A DNA stretch of 64,000 nt. It comes from Myxococcota bacterium (lineage in GTDB: Bacteria; Myxococcota_A; UBA9160; JAFDDA01). A program made the position numbers and the translations under genes. Position 1 is the first letter of the stretch. The number at the start of each line of letters is the position of its first letter. The stretch spans positions 3,488,001 through 3,552,000 of the forward strand of contig OZ245817.1 of assembly GCA_965228475.1 (NCBI GenBank), given 5' to 3'. Of the stretch, positions 1-9,738 are shown one piece after another. The notes beneath the pieces were generated by a model. That model saw nothing but the letters and a program-made list of their open reading frames with translations, was not told the DNA's origin and did no database searches.

Positions 1-1
1 G

Positions 2-433
2 ACGCTCGACCCCGCCGGGCTCGGTGAGGCGAGCTTCGACGCGATCGCCCTCTTCGCCGTCCTGCACCACGTGGCGGGGCGCGAGCGCCGGGAGGCGCTG
101 CTCGCGCGGCTCGCGGGTGCGCTCGAACCCGGCGGACACCTCGTCGCGACCGTGTGGCGCGCCGACGCCTTCGCGCGCTTCCGCGACAAGATCGTTCCGT
201 GGGAATCGTGCGAGGCACGGACCGGCATCCGGGTGAGCCCGGAGGAGGTCGAACCCGGCGACGTCCTGCTCCCCTGGAAACACGACCCGCGCGCGCTGCG
301 CTACTGCCACTTCCCGGACGAGGACGAGGCCAATGCGCTGGCCCGCGCAGCGGGCCTGCCCCTGCGCGAAGCCTTCGACGCCGACGGGCGCGAGGGCGCG
401 CTCAACCGCTACTGGGTGTTGGGACCCCGCTAG
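2..433 (+). CDS. Class I SAM-dependent methyltransferase, 5'-truncated by the window edge
   Basis: Frame is open from base 2: FDAIALFAVLHHV...ALEPGGHLVATVW, typical methyltransferase post-II/motif III segments. Confidence 0.75.
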   Translation, partial: TLDPAGLGEASFDAIALFAVLHHVAGRERREALLARLAGALEPGGHLVATVWRADAFARFRDKIVPWESCEARTGIRVSPEEVEPGDVLLPWKHDPRALRYCHFPDEDEANALARAAGLPLREAFDADGREGALNRYWVLGPR

Positions 434-3078
434 TCCTGGAGTGCCCGCAGGACTTCCGCCTCGTAGGCCTCGAGCGAGTCGTACATGCGGAAGGGAGCGC
501 CGGTCGCCGAGCGCTCGTCGGGCATCGGCAGCGCCCCGCTCTTGGCGAGCAGGTCCGCCAGCCACTCCTTCAGCGCGGCCGAGCCGCCCGAAGCGTCGGG
601 CACGAGCTTGCGCGGATCGAACCGGTCGCTGCGGAAGCGGACGATCTTGAGCGGCTGACCGTCGTCGGCGAGCCAGTTCGTCAGCAGGTCGATCAACACC
701 ACGGGCTTGGGCTTCAAACCGCGCACGCCCGCCACGGCGATGGCGTCGATGCGTTCGAGGCCGAGCGTCGCCTTGCCACGCTCCCCGACGTCGACGACCA
801 GCGCCTCGGCGTTCAGGCTCACGGGCATCGCATCCATGCGCTTCAACGGTCGGCGCGGGGGCGACGGCGCACCCGCATCCTCTTCCAACGGCTCGGGCGT
901 CAGCGCGACGAGCGGTTCCGGCTCGGGAGCCGCGACGGGTTCGGGCCGCTCCGGCTCCGCGGGCTCGGCGACGATCGGCTCGGGGAGCTCGAGCGAGGCC
1001 GGTTCCGGAATCGACGGCTCGGGCTCTGGCATGGGCTCGGGAGCGGACGGCGCGGCCGCTTGCGGTTCGAAGGGCAGCTCCGGCTCGGCCTCGAGATCGA
1101 TCGCCGTCGGATCGAGGGCACTCGGGTCCTCGTCGGCCGCGACGAAAGCAGGAGCGGCGTCGACTTCGGGCACGTCGAGGGCGGCGGATTCGTCGGCCGG
1201 CGCCTCGGCTCCGGGCGATGCGGGGGCATCGTCGAGAACGGAAGCCGGCAGGTCGCCCGTTTCCTCGGGCACCAGGTCGACCTCACCGTGCGAGAGCACC
1301 GCTTCGGGCGCCGGGCTCTCGGTCGGGACCTCCGCGCCGGGGACCGTCATGTCGTCGAGCTCGAAGGGCGCGGCGTTGAGCTCGTCCCCACCCGCCGCGG
1401 TGTCCTCCCGGACGACGGGTGCGGGGACGTCCTCTTCTCCGGCGGAGGCGGCCGGAGCCGGCTCGGCGAGCAGGTCTTCGTGCTCGTCCTCGTCGCCGCC
1501 CGCGTGGGCCTGGAGATCGAAACTGCTCTCGAAGAGCTGTCCGCCCGTCTGCTCGTTGGGATCGTCGGCGCTCGGCGCCGCAGGCGGGGGTGCCGCTTCA
1601 CCCCCTGCGCCGTGCTGCGCCACGAGGCGTTCGAGATCGGCACGCTCCTCGGGGCCGAGGTCCGGCGATGCGAGGGCCGCCTCGGCCGCGCGCAGCGCAA
1701 GGGAGGGATCGAGATCCTCGGCCACACGAGACGTTCTGTGGAGCACGGCGGCGGAGGGCTCCCCACAGTGGCCGTCGAGGATCCGCCCGATCGAGAACTT
1801 CGCGAGGTCGAACTCGCCCGTCTCCATCAAGAAGCCCGCGATGCGAACCTCGAGCGTGGCGTCCACACGGGCGCCGGGCGCGCGCTGGGTGACCTCGCCC
1901 CAGTGGGTGACGGCCAGGGCCTTCTGCCCGGATCCGACCTCGTCGCGCAGCACCCGAAGCAGGGCGCCCGCGGCGTCCTCCGGGCGGCCGACGGCGCTCG
2001 CCACGTCCCAGAAGGCCAGGCAGGCGTCGCGGTTTCCGGGCTGGCTGGCCACTTCGCCGGCCAGCAGCTCGAAGGCCTCCTCGTCGCAGCCCTTCTCGCG
2101 CGCCTCGAGGGCCTGGTCGAGCACGGGGTTCGATTGCTTCGTGCGCTTCTCTTCGAGCGCCGGGTGGATGAAGCGTTCCTCGATCCGGGTGGCCCGCAGG
2201 ATCGCCGCGAAACCGACGCCCCAGACGAGGCCGCTCGCGTGCACCCAGGTGGCAAACTCGGCGCCCGGCGGTTCGATCCCGGGAGCGCCGTGCTTCAGGA
2301 CGTAGTCGACGCCGAGGTAGGTGGCGCCGTAGATCGGGAGCGCCACCCAGCCCTTCGCGGTGAACTTCCCGCCGAAGGGCGGGATGTAGAAGTACCGGAA
2401 GCGGATCGGCGTTCCGGCGAAACGGATCAGGAAGGCCCCGGCCAGGGCCGCGGCGATGCCCGAGGCGCCACCGAGGGCGCCCCCCTCCGGGTCGAGCAGG
2501 GCGTAGCCCGCCGCCGCGGCGGCTGCGGCGCTGACCACGAAGACGGCATAGATCGCGCGCCCCCAGACCTCTTCGAGGAAGAGGCCCGCGAGCAGCACGA
2601 GCACGAGGTTCGCGACGAGATGGAGCCATCCCTCGTGGGCCAGGACGTAGGAGACGATCGTGGCGTCCGGGTCTTCGAGCGTGCTCGGGAAGAAGCCGAG
2701 CCGGAAGAACGAGTGCGCGTCCATCGTGTCGTAGAGTTCGTCGACCATCGCGTCGAACTCCACCTGGTCGTGGTGGACGACGAAGTCCGGGATCGGCGGG
2801 GAGCTGGATGCGGCGTGCCGCGCGCGGAATTCCTGGACCGTCGCCGCGACCCGTTCGGCGCCGAGCAGGTAGGCGAGATCCGCGTCGACCTTCACCCAGG
2901 GACGGACGGCGTAGAAATCCCAAACCGTCTCGAGCTGGACTTCGGTCTTGGCGTCGACCTCGGCGTCGGTCGTGCGGTTCACGAAGAACGCGACCGAGCA
3001 CGCCGCGAGGAGGAGGAGGGTCACCCACGGAAAGCGGCGGGTGCCACGGGCTTCTTCGTTCAGCGGGATGACGATCAC
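430..3078 (-). CDS. Rhomboid-family intramembrane serine protease with long C-terminal extension
   Basis: FPWVT, HEGWLHLVAN, GASG (catalytic Ser) and VHASG (catalytic His), followed by a helical region and an acidic/Pro-rich linker. GTG start at 3078 inferred; ORF is open to 3171. Confidence 0.8.
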   Translation of the reverse strand: MIVIPLNEEARGTRRFPWVTLLLLAACSVAFFVNRTTDAEVDAKTEVQLETVWDFYAVRPWVKVDADLAYLLGAERVAATVQEFRARHAASSSPPIPDFVVHHDQVEFDAMVDELYDTMDAHSFFRLGFFPSTLEDPDATIVSYVLAHEGWLHLVANLVLVLLAGLFLEEVWGRAIYAVFVVSAAAAAAAGYALLDPEGGALGGASGIAAALAGAFLIRFAGTPIRFRYFYIPPFGGKFTAKGWVALPIYGATYLGVDYVLKHGAPGIEPPGAEFATWVHASGLVWGVGFAAILRATRIEERFIHPALEEKRTKQSNPVLDQALEAREKGCDEEAFELLAGEVASQPGNRDACLAFWDVASAVGRPEDAAGALLRVLRDEVGSGQKALAVTHWGEVTQRAPGARVDATLEVRIAGFLMETGEFDLAKFSIGRILDGHCGEPSAAVLHRTSRVAEDLDPSLALRAAEAALASPDLGPEERADLERLVAQHGAGGEAAPPPAAPSADDPNEQTGGQLFESSFDLQAHAGGDEDEHEDLLAEPAPAASAGEEDVPAPVVREDTAAGGDELNAAPFELDDMTVPGAEVPTESPAPEAVLSHGEVDLVPEETGDLPASVLDDAPASPGAEAPADESAALDVPEVDAAPAFVAADEDPSALDPTAIDLEAEPELPFEPQAAAPSAPEPMPEPEPSIPEPASLELPEPIVAEPAEPERPEPVAAPEPEPLVALTPEPLEEDAGAPSPPRRPLKRMDAMPVSLNAEALVVDVGERGKATLGLERIDAIAVAGVRGLKPKPVVLIDLLTNWLADDGQPLKIVRFRSDRFDPRKLVPDASGGSAALKEWLADLLAKSGALPMPDERSATGAPFRMYDSLEAYEAEVLRALQD

Positions 3079-3251
3079 GACGCGGCGTTTCCAGGAATGT
3101 GCTCGACTCGAGACATGCTGCTCCCCGAGACGCAGCCCTGCATGCAAGGCCGCCGTCCCTACGGGGTTCAACGGATGAACGGCCTCGCTCCTGAAGGATC
3201 TTCAGGACGAACTGGGGCACCGGAGCCTCGGGGAAAACCCCGAGAGGCCCA

Positions 3252-4613
3252 TCACTCCCCGGGCAGCGCGCCGGCCAGACCCGCGCCTGCCACGAGCAGC
3301 TCCCGGGCGGCGCCCGGCGCAAAGGTCGACATGAGAACTTCGTAGTGGTGCGCGGCGTTCGGCGCGGTGAAGCGCCGCGGGTGCGGCAGGTAACGCAACC
3401 AGCCTCCGACGTTCGAGAGGAGCGCCGAGCCGGGCGCCCTCCCCTCTTTCCAGTCCAAGCCGACCTCGGCCGTGGCTTCGGCCGGCAGCCCGAGCCAGCG
3501 GGCATCGCCCAGACGCAGGACGCGGACTTCGACGCGCGCCCGCAGCCCGCCGGCCAGGCGCGGCGCCGTCCGCTCCCGCACGAACAGCCGCGCACTCGCG
3601 AGCCGCTCGCGCCGCTCTTCGATCGGCAGGCTCGGGTCGAGTTCCTGCTCGAGGGCGAAGACCTCGGAGACACGCAGCGGCGCGGCGGCATCGCGTCCGA
3701 AGGCGAGCGCGGCGTCGCGGCGGCGGGCATCGACCCGCGCAGCGTGACCGGCCTCGCCGTCCTCGGCGCCGTGGACCGGCAGCTCGACCTCGGTGCAGCG
3801 GGCGGCGACGGGGAGTTCGCCGGGCTCGGCCCGCGCGACGGCCTCCCGCACGGCGAGCCCGACCTCCAGGCCGAGTTCCCGGACGGCGTCCATGCCGGCG
3901 CCGAGGCTCTGCCCGGGCACCGCGAGGTCCTGCAGCCCGCGCGTCCTCGGGTCGACGTCCGCGTGGGCGCCCAGCAGGAAGAGCGGCACCGCGCCGGGGT
4001 GGGCTTCGCGAACCGTCGCCGCCGCGGCGCCCGGCCAATCCGCGGACCAGGCCAGATTCTCGTGCCCCAGCACCGTCGGGTGCGTGCCGTGGACGAAGCC
4101 CACGGCGCGGGTCACGCCGGCTTCGTCGTCGATGCGCAGCACGACCACCTCCGGGTCGACGGCGCCGTCGGCCTCGCGGCGGTTGCGCCCGATCGAGACC
4201 CGGGCCGAGCCGAACCCCGCCTTCGCCGCGAAGGCACCGTCGACCGCCCGGGCGGCGGCCTCCTCCGCCGCATCGAAGAGCGGTGCGGCGAACTCCGGGG
4301 CCGCGGCTCCGGACAGGACGGCGGCGATCCCGGTCTCCGGCCCGGAGTGGGTGTGCGTGGCCGCGACCCAGACCTCGCCCGGTGCGAGACCCGTCCGCGC
4401 GGCCACCCGCTCCGCCAGGGCCCGGGCCTGGGGAACGGAGACCAGGCAGACCTCGAGCTGGACGAGCAGCACGCGTCCACCGTTCTCGAGGTAGAGCGCC
4501 CGGGCGTGGAGCGGATCCGCCAGGGCCTCGGCGGTTCCTTCGCGCGCGCCGTAGCCCATCATCGGGATTCCGAGCGGAAGCTCGAAGGGGATCTCCGCGG
4601 TACCGGCGCGCAT
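3252..4613 (-). CDS. Neutral/alkaline ceramidase N-terminal-domain family hydrolase
   Basis: PMMGYGAR, DPLHARAL, ATHTHSGP, HPTVL, SADWPG motifs; start at 4613 or 4631. Confidence 0.75.
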   Translation of the reverse strand: MRAGTAEIPFELPLGIPMMGYGAREGTAEALADPLHARALYLENGGRVLLVQLEVCLVSVPQARALAERVAARTGLAPGEVWVAATHTHSGPETGIAAVLSGAAAPEFAAPLFDAAEEAAARAVDGAFAAKAGFGSARVSIGRNRREADGAVDPEVVVLRIDDEAGVTRAVGFVHGTHPTVLGHENLAWSADWPGAAAATVREAHPGAVPLFLLGAHADVDPRTRGLQDLAVPGQSLGAGMDAVRELGLEVGLAVREAVARAEPGELPVAARCTEVELPVHGAEDGEAGHAARVDARRRDAALAFGRDAAAPLRVSEVFALEQELDPSLPIEERRERLASARLFVRERTAPRLAGGLRARVEVRVLRLGDARWLGLPAEATAEVGLDWKEGRAPGSALLSNVGGWLRYLPHPRRFTAPNAAHHYEVLMSTFAPGAARELLVAGAGLAGALPGE

Positions 4614-4677
4614 GCCAGCGGTGTAGCTCATCCCCGCGGACGCTACCCTCGCGCTCGCCGACAAGAGGAGTCCCCCG

Positions 4678-5826
4678 ATGCGCCGAACGCTCTTCGAAGA
4701 AGAACACGATCTATTCCGCGACCAGGTCCGCCGCTTCATCGCGGACGAGCTCGAACCCAAGATCGAAGGCTGGAACGCCAAGGGCATGAGCGACCGGGAG
4801 AGCTGGCTCCGCGCCGGCGAAGCGGGATACCTCGGCGCCTGCGTTCCGGAAGCCTACGGCGGCGCGGGCGCCGATTTCACCTACGACGCGATCATCATGG
4901 AAGAGATGGCCTACGCCCGGGCCCACGGCATGATGATCTCGCTCCACTCGGACATCTGCCTCCCCTACCTCCTGGCATTCGGGAGCGAGGAGCAGAAGCA
5001 GAAGTACGTCCCCGGCTGCGTCAGCGGCGAGGTCCTTCTCGGCATCTGCATGACCGAGCCGGCCGCGGGCTCGGACCTCCAGGGCATCCAGACCCGCGCC
5101 GTCCGCGACGGCGACGGCTGGGTCCTGAACGGCGCGAAGACCTTCATCAGCAACGGCCAGATCGGCGACCTCTTCATCGTCGTCGCCAAGACCGATCCGA
5201 GCGCCGAGAAGGCATCGCGCGGGATCAGCCTGTTCCTGGTCGACGCCGACACGCCGGGCTTCGTGCGCGGGCAGAAGCTCGACAAGCTCGGCCTGCGCGG
5301 GCAGGACACGAGCGAGATCTTCTTCCAGGACTGCCGCATCCCGGCCTCGGGCCTGCTCGGCGAAGAAGGCCGCGGCTTCTACATGCTGATGGACAAGCTC
5401 CAACAGGAGCGGATCTGCATCGCCGTGGCCTCGATGGCCTCGTGCCGGCGCTCCCTCGACGACACGCTCGAATACGTGAAGGAGCGCAAGGCCTTCGGCC
5501 AGCCGATCGGCCAGTTCCAGAACACGCAGTTCCTGCTCGCGGACCTCGCCACCCAGGTGGAAGTGGGGCAGACCTTCGTCGACGGACTCGTCGGCGCGCA
5601 CGTCCGCGGCGAAGACGTGGTGAGTGAAGCGAGCATGGGCAAGTGGTGGGCGAGCGACCTGCAGAAGCGCGTGGCGGCAGAATGTCTGCAGCTTCACGGC
5701 GGCTACGGCTTCATGAACGAGTACCCGATCTCGACGGACTACGCGGATGCAGCCGTTCAATCCATCTACGCGGGAACGAACGAGATCATGAAGCGGATCA
5801 TCGCGCGCCGGCTCGGGCTCGGGTAA
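4678..5826 (+). CDS. Acyl-CoA dehydrogenase
   Basis: MTEPAAGSDL, LNGAKTFISNG, QLHGGYG, IYAGTNEIM; RBS GAGGAG. Confidence 0.95.
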   Translation: MRRTLFEEEHDLFRDQVRRFIADELEPKIEGWNAKGMSDRESWLRAGEAGYLGACVPEAYGGAGADFTYDAIIMEEMAYARAHGMMISLHSDICLPYLLAFGSEEQKQKYVPGCVSGEVLLGICMTEPAAGSDLQGIQTRAVRDGDGWVLNGAKTFISNGQIGDLFIVVAKTDPSAEKASRGISLFLVDADTPGFVRGQKLDKLGLRGQDTSEIFFQDCRIPASGLLGEEGRGFYMLMDKLQQERICIAVASMASCRRSLDDTLEYVKERKAFGQPIGQFQNTQFLLADLATQVEVGQTFVDGLVGAHVRGEDVVSEASMGKWWASDLQKRVAAECLQLHGGYGFMNEYPISTDYADAAVQSIYAGTNEIMKRIIARRLGLG

Positions 5827-5847
5827 AAGGGGCTCGGGCTCGGGTAA
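5810..5847 (+). repeat. 17-bp direct duplication of the acyl-CoA dehydrogenase 3' end
   Basis: GGCTCGGGCTCGGGTAA at 5810-5826 and 5831-5847, separated by AAGG. Confidence 0.9.
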
Positions 5848-5891
5848 GCGGAAACACTCAAGGGCCCCGCCGTTTCTCCGATGCGCCTCGG

Positions 5892-6563
5892 GTGTTTGCC
5901 GAAGTCTCGGAGCCCGACGTCCTCGTCGCGGACCCGGAGCGCATCGTCGTCGAGAGCTGCGCGGCCGGGACCCCCGCCGTCGTGACGCTGCGCGAGCGAA
6001 GCGGCGGCGTGCGGGGTTGCTTCAGCGCCTTTCGCCGCGGCGAGATCGAGATCGAACTGGCCGACCCGGCGCCGGAGCTCCCGGAGGGCGCCGCCTGCCA
6101 CGTCGCCTTCCTGCGTCGCGGCCAGGCCGTCTTCTTCGAAGCCCCGCTCCTCCGCCTCGAGGAGAACTCGGGCCGGAGCTTTCTCTGGCTTCCGCTCCCG
6201 GAGTGCATCACCGAGGAGTTCGCGCGCGGCGCCTTCCGCGTCCCCGCGGACGACGAGGCCGCCGACGTCACGATCGTGCTCGACGACGGCTCGCCCGCGG
6301 CCGCACGCCTCGCGAACCTCTCGCTCACGGGAGCGCTCGTCGAGTTCACCGAAGCGATGCCCGCCCTCTTCCCGGAGCAGGTCCTCGAGCTCCACCTGCC
6401 GATCGACGGGAACCCGGTCCGGCTGGCCGCCGTCGTGCGCCGGCTCGACGCGACCTCCGCCGCCTTCTCCTTCCCGGACGCCGTCTCGGACGGCCTCGAG
6501 AACCCCGTCCGCCGCGCCGTGGCGGCCCTCGAGCGCAGCTGGCACGCACGCCTGCGACGCTGA
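5892..6563 (+). CDS. PilZ-domain (YcgR-like) putative c-di-GMP receptor
   Basis: RGAFR (RxxxR) and NLSLTG (D/NxSxxG) motifs after an N-terminal beta domain; start uncertain. Confidence 0.7.
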   Translation: MFAEVSEPDVLVADPERIVVESCAAGTPAVVTLRERSGGVRGCFSAFRRGEIEIELADPAPELPEGAACHVAFLRRGQAVFFEAPLLRLEENSGRSFLWLPLPECITEEFARGAFRVPADDEAADVTIVLDDGSPAAARLANLSLTGALVEFTEAMPALFPEQVLELHLPIDGNPVRLAAVVRRLDATSAAFSFPDAVSDGLENPVRRAVAALERSWHARLRR

Positions 6564-6635
6564 ACCCGAGCCATTCTTCGGCAACGCCCCTCGCGACGCG
6601 CGCCATGCTATTTCTGGCCGACGCGAAGGAGAGCC

Positions 6636-6998
6636 ATGCCCACCCGCCCGACGACCACCGCGGCCTACGTCTCCCGCATCGCCGCGAGCCGGCAGCCGGA
6701 CTTCACCGCCCTGCGAGACCTGGTGAAGCAAGCGCTTCCCAAAGCCCGCGAGACGATGTCCTACAAGATGCCGACGTACGAGATCGGGGAGGCCCGGGTC
6801 TGCGCGATCGCGGCCCAGGCGCGGCATTTCTCGCTCTACCTCTGCGAGAGCCCCGCCCTCGAGCGCCACCGCGGCGAGTTCGAACACCTCGACCTCGGCA
6901 AGGGTTGCATTCGCTTCCGCTCGTTCGACGATCTCCCGAAGGCGACGACGCGGAAGCTCCTGCGCGAAGCCGCGCGGGACGCCCGGGCGGACTCGTGA
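6636..6998 (+). CDS. DUF1801 (YdhG-like) protein
   Basis: ETMSYKMPTY, HFSLY, GKGCIRF; RBS AAGGAG. Confidence 0.85.
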   Translation: MPTRPTTTAAYVSRIAASRQPDFTALRDLVKQALPKARETMSYKMPTYEIGEARVCAIAAQARHFSLYLCESPALERHRGEFEHLDLGKGCIRFRSFDDLPKATTRKLLREAARDARADS

Positions 6999-7480
6999 GC
7001 CTCGAGGTCCACCGCGCCGACCTCTCGCGCGGCGATCACGCCGAAGCGATCGTCGCGCTGATCGACCACTACTCCCGCGACCCCATGGGCGACGAAGCGC
7101 CGCTGCCCGCGAAGATCCGGGAAGCGCTCGTGCCCGGCCTGCGGCACACGCCCCAGGCCCGCTGCTTCCTCGCGGCACGCGACGGCGAGTTCGTGGGCCT
7201 CGCCGTCTGCTTCCTCGGCTTCAACACCTTCGTCGCCCGCCCCGCACTCAACGTCCACGATCTCATCGTCGCGCCCGCGGCGCGGGGGGCCGGGATCGGC
7301 CGCCGCTTGATGGACGAAGCCGAGCGCGCGGCGCGCCAAGAGGGCTGCGCACGCATGACGCTCGAGGTCCGCGGCGACAACGCGCCGGCCATGGCCCTCT
7401 ACCGGAGCCTCGGCTTCGAGGGCGGCACCTTCAGCCCTCCGGCGCCGCACTACCTCTTCTGGAGCAAGGAACTCGCATGA
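6995..7480 (+). CDS. GNAT family N-acetyltransferase
   Basis: LNVHDLIVAPAARGAGIGRRLM, LEVRGDNAPAMALYRSLGF; GTGA overlap with the upstream stop. Confidence 0.9.
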   Translation: MSLEVHRADLSRGDHAEAIVALIDHYSRDPMGDEAPLPAKIREALVPGLRHTPQARCFLAARDGEFVGLAVCFLGFNTFVARPALNVHDLIVAPAARGAGIGRRLMDEAERAARQEGCARMTLEVRGDNAPAMALYRSLGFEGGTFSPPAPHYLFWSKELA

Positions 7481-8073
7481 AACTCTTCCACACGCCCCTC
7501 ACGCGCTCGGTCCGGATCCTCTGGCTCTTCGAGGAGCTCGGTCTGCCCTACGAGCTCGAGACCGTGGAGACGGTGGACCCCGTGGCCCGCCCGTTCGTGC
7601 AGAAGACGCCGACGGGCAAGGTGCCGACCCTCGAAGACGACGGTCTCGTGATGTTCGAATCGGGCGCGATCATCGAGTACGTGCTCGAACGGTACGGAGA
7701 AGGCCGGCTCGCCCCGGCGCCGGGGGACGCCCGGCGAGGCGAATTCCTCCAGTGGATGCACTTCGCGGAGTCGACGGCGATGGCCGGCCTCGGGCCCATC
7801 ATCTGGCACACGCGCTTCCGGGAGAACGCTGCGGAGATCCCGAGCGCCATCGCCGACTACCGCGGCTGGACCGATGCCGCCTTCGACGTGCTCGAACGGA
7901 CCCTCACCGGGCGCGAACACCTGCTCGGCGAGTTCAGCGCGGCGGACATCATGGTCGGCTACACCGCGCTCGCGGCGAAATCCTTCGACGTGCTCGGCGA
8001 GCGCCCCGCGCTCGAAGCCTACCTTGGCCGCCTCACGGCGCGCCCGGCCCTGCAGAAGGCCCTGACGCGCTAA
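7477..8073 (+). CDS. Glutathione S-transferase family protein
   Basis: TRSVRILWLFEELGLPYE, PTGKVPTL, ESGAI, FSAADI. Confidence 0.92.
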   Translation: MKLFHTPLTRSVRILWLFEELGLPYELETVETVDPVARPFVQKTPTGKVPTLEDDGLVMFESGAIIEYVLERYGEGRLAPAPGDARRGEFLQWMHFAESTAMAGLGPIIWHTRFRENAAEIPSAIADYRGWTDAAFDVLERTLTGREHLLGEFSAADIMVGYTALAAKSFDVLGERPALEAYLGRLTARPALQKALTR

Positions 8074-8492
8074 CCGTCGCGGTCGCCTTTCTCACGCCGG
8101 CCCTTCTCCGCGCGCCGCTCCTGCTCGGCCAGGAACGCCGCCACGGTGGCGCGCAGGTCGAGGGTGTCGACCTCGAGGGCGAAGGCCGTCGCCGCCGGCG
8201 GGTAGCCGAGGCGATAGTGCGAGCCGTCCGCCGTCCGCTCGAGGTGTCCGTAGTCGATGAGCCAGCGGCGAACCGTCACGTGGTCCGTGTCGATGGCCGG
8301 GGCGACGTCGCGGCTCCACGCCTGGAGCTCCTCGTTGATCTCGTGCTCGCTGTACTCGCGCGCCGCATCGAGCTGCATGCGGATGCTCTTCATGAGGATC
8401 TGGCGGTCGCGCGACTTGCGGGGGAAGCTGCGCGGCCCGCGGTCCGCGCCCAGTCGGAGCAGCCGCTCGGCGAACTCTTCGAGCGAGATCAT
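8070..8492 (-). CDS. DUF2087-like winged-helix protein
   Basis: FPRKSRDR...YSEHEINEEL...DHVTVRRWLIDYGHLERTADGSHY; ATGA overlap with the aminotransferase. Confidence 0.8.
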   Translation of the reverse strand: MISLEEFAERLLRLGADRGPRSFPRKSRDRQILMKSIRMQLDAAREYSEHEINEELQAWSRDVAPAIDTDHVTVRRWLIDYGHLERTADGSHYRLGYPPAATAFALEVDTLDLRATVAAFLAEQERRAEKGRREKGDRDG

Positions 8493-9643
8493 CGCCGGCC
8501 GAGCCGCCGGGCCAGGCGGCGCACCGCCTCCGCGACGTCGTCGGGCGGCGCGGCCGTGAAGCACAGCCGGACGTGGTTCTCGTAGCCGGCGCCGCAGGAG
8601 CCTCCGGGCGCGAGCAGGATGCCGTCTTCGAGACAGTCCTCGAGGAAGCCCCAGAGGCCGCGCTCGTCGAGGTGTTCCGAGACGTCGAGGAAGAGGAACG
8701 TCCCACCTTCGGGCGGCGCCAGGCCGAGCGCCTCGGCCGCGGACTCTCCGGCCTCTCGGTAGCGGGCGCGGGCATGGGCGACCCAGTCCGCCCCCTCGGC
8801 GAGCGCGGCCTCGGCGGCGAGCTGCCCGGCCGTCGGAGCGTGGTAGGCGGTGTGGGTGCCGACCTTGCGCGCGGCAGCGACCGCGTCCGCCGGCCCTGCG
8901 AGATACCCGACGCGGTTGCCGGCCATGCCGTAGGCCTTCGAGAACGAGAAGACCGAGAGCGTCCGCTCCGGCGCGAAGCGGCCGATCGAGACGTGCTCGC
9001 CGCGGTAGACGTAGTCTTCGTAGACCTCGTCGGAGAGCAGCCAGAGGTCTTCGCTGCGAGCCCACTCGGCCAGGGCCGCGAGCCAGCCCTCCGGGAGCAC
9101 CCGGCCCGTCGGGTTCGAGGGCGTCGAAACGTAGAGCGCCGCCGTCCGCTCGCTCGCGCGCTCCCGGACGCGGGCGACGGCGTCCTCGGCCGAGGTCGCG
9201 CGGTCGAAGAAGGGGACCTCGACCGCCTCGCCCCGGAAGGACTGCACGATCCCGCGGATCAGCGGCCAGAACGGGGAGAGGATCAGGACCTCCTCGCCGG
9301 GCGAGACCGTCGCGCCGACCGCGCAGGCGAGCGCACCGGTCGCGCCCGCGGTGACGAGCACGTTCTCCCGGCCGACGGCCAGCCCGTTGCGCTCGCGGAG
9401 CTTCTCGACGACGCCGTCGAGCAGACCCGGAATGCCCTGGGGATCCACGTAGCGGTGCATGCCCGGGTGGTCGGACTCGCAGAGGTCCTCCATCCGGGCG
9501 CCAGCGCAGGGCTCCATCCACGTGTCGCCCACGTGGAGGGGATAGATCGGGCCCTCGTGCGTGCGGATCCGGTCGGCCAGGGGCGAGAAGATCGCCCCGG
9601 GGATCGCTTCGACGGCGGGCGCCAGCCCGAGCTTGCGCGGCAT
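8489..9643 (-). CDS. PLP-dependent aminotransferase class I/II
   Basis: TPSNPTG, SDEVY, SFSKAYGMAGNRVGY. Confidence 0.93.
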   Translation of the reverse strand: MPRKLGLAPAVEAIPGAIFSPLADRIRTHEGPIYPLHVGDTWMEPCAGARMEDLCESDHPGMHRYVDPQGIPGLLDGVVEKLRERNGLAVGRENVLVTAGATGALACAVGATVSPGEEVLILSPFWPLIRGIVQSFRGEAVEVPFFDRATSAEDAVARVRERASERTAALYVSTPSNPTGRVLPEGWLAALAEWARSEDLWLLSDEVYEDYVYRGEHVSIGRFAPERTLSVFSFSKAYGMAGNRVGYLAGPADAVAAARKVGTHTAYHAPTAGQLAAEAALAEGADWVAHARARYREAGESAAEALGLAPPEGGTFLFLDVSEHLDERGLWGFLEDCLEDGILLAPGGSCGAGYENHVRLCFTAAPPDDVAEAVRRLARRLGRR

Positions 9644-9651
9644 CGGCGAAT

Positions 9652-9728
9652 TCTAGCGGCGTTGCGCGCGACGGGCGGTGGGGAGACGCTTCTCTAGCGG
9701 CGTTGCGCGCAGCGGGCGGTGGGGAGAC
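9652..9728. repeat. 36-bp direct repeat (41-bp period) in a divergent intergenic region
   Basis: TCTAGCGGCGTTGCGCGC(GA/AG)CGGGCGGTGGGGAGAC at 9652-9687 and 9693-9728. Confidence 0.9.
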
Positions 9729-9738
9729 ACTCCGCTCC

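Noticed and set aside
154..3345. Long antisense or alternate-frame ORFs (this one, and e.g. 25792-28071, 33751-36129, 60398-62692)
   Set aside because: Stop-poor shadows of real genes in high-GC DNA; Arg/Gly/Ala-rich with no motifs
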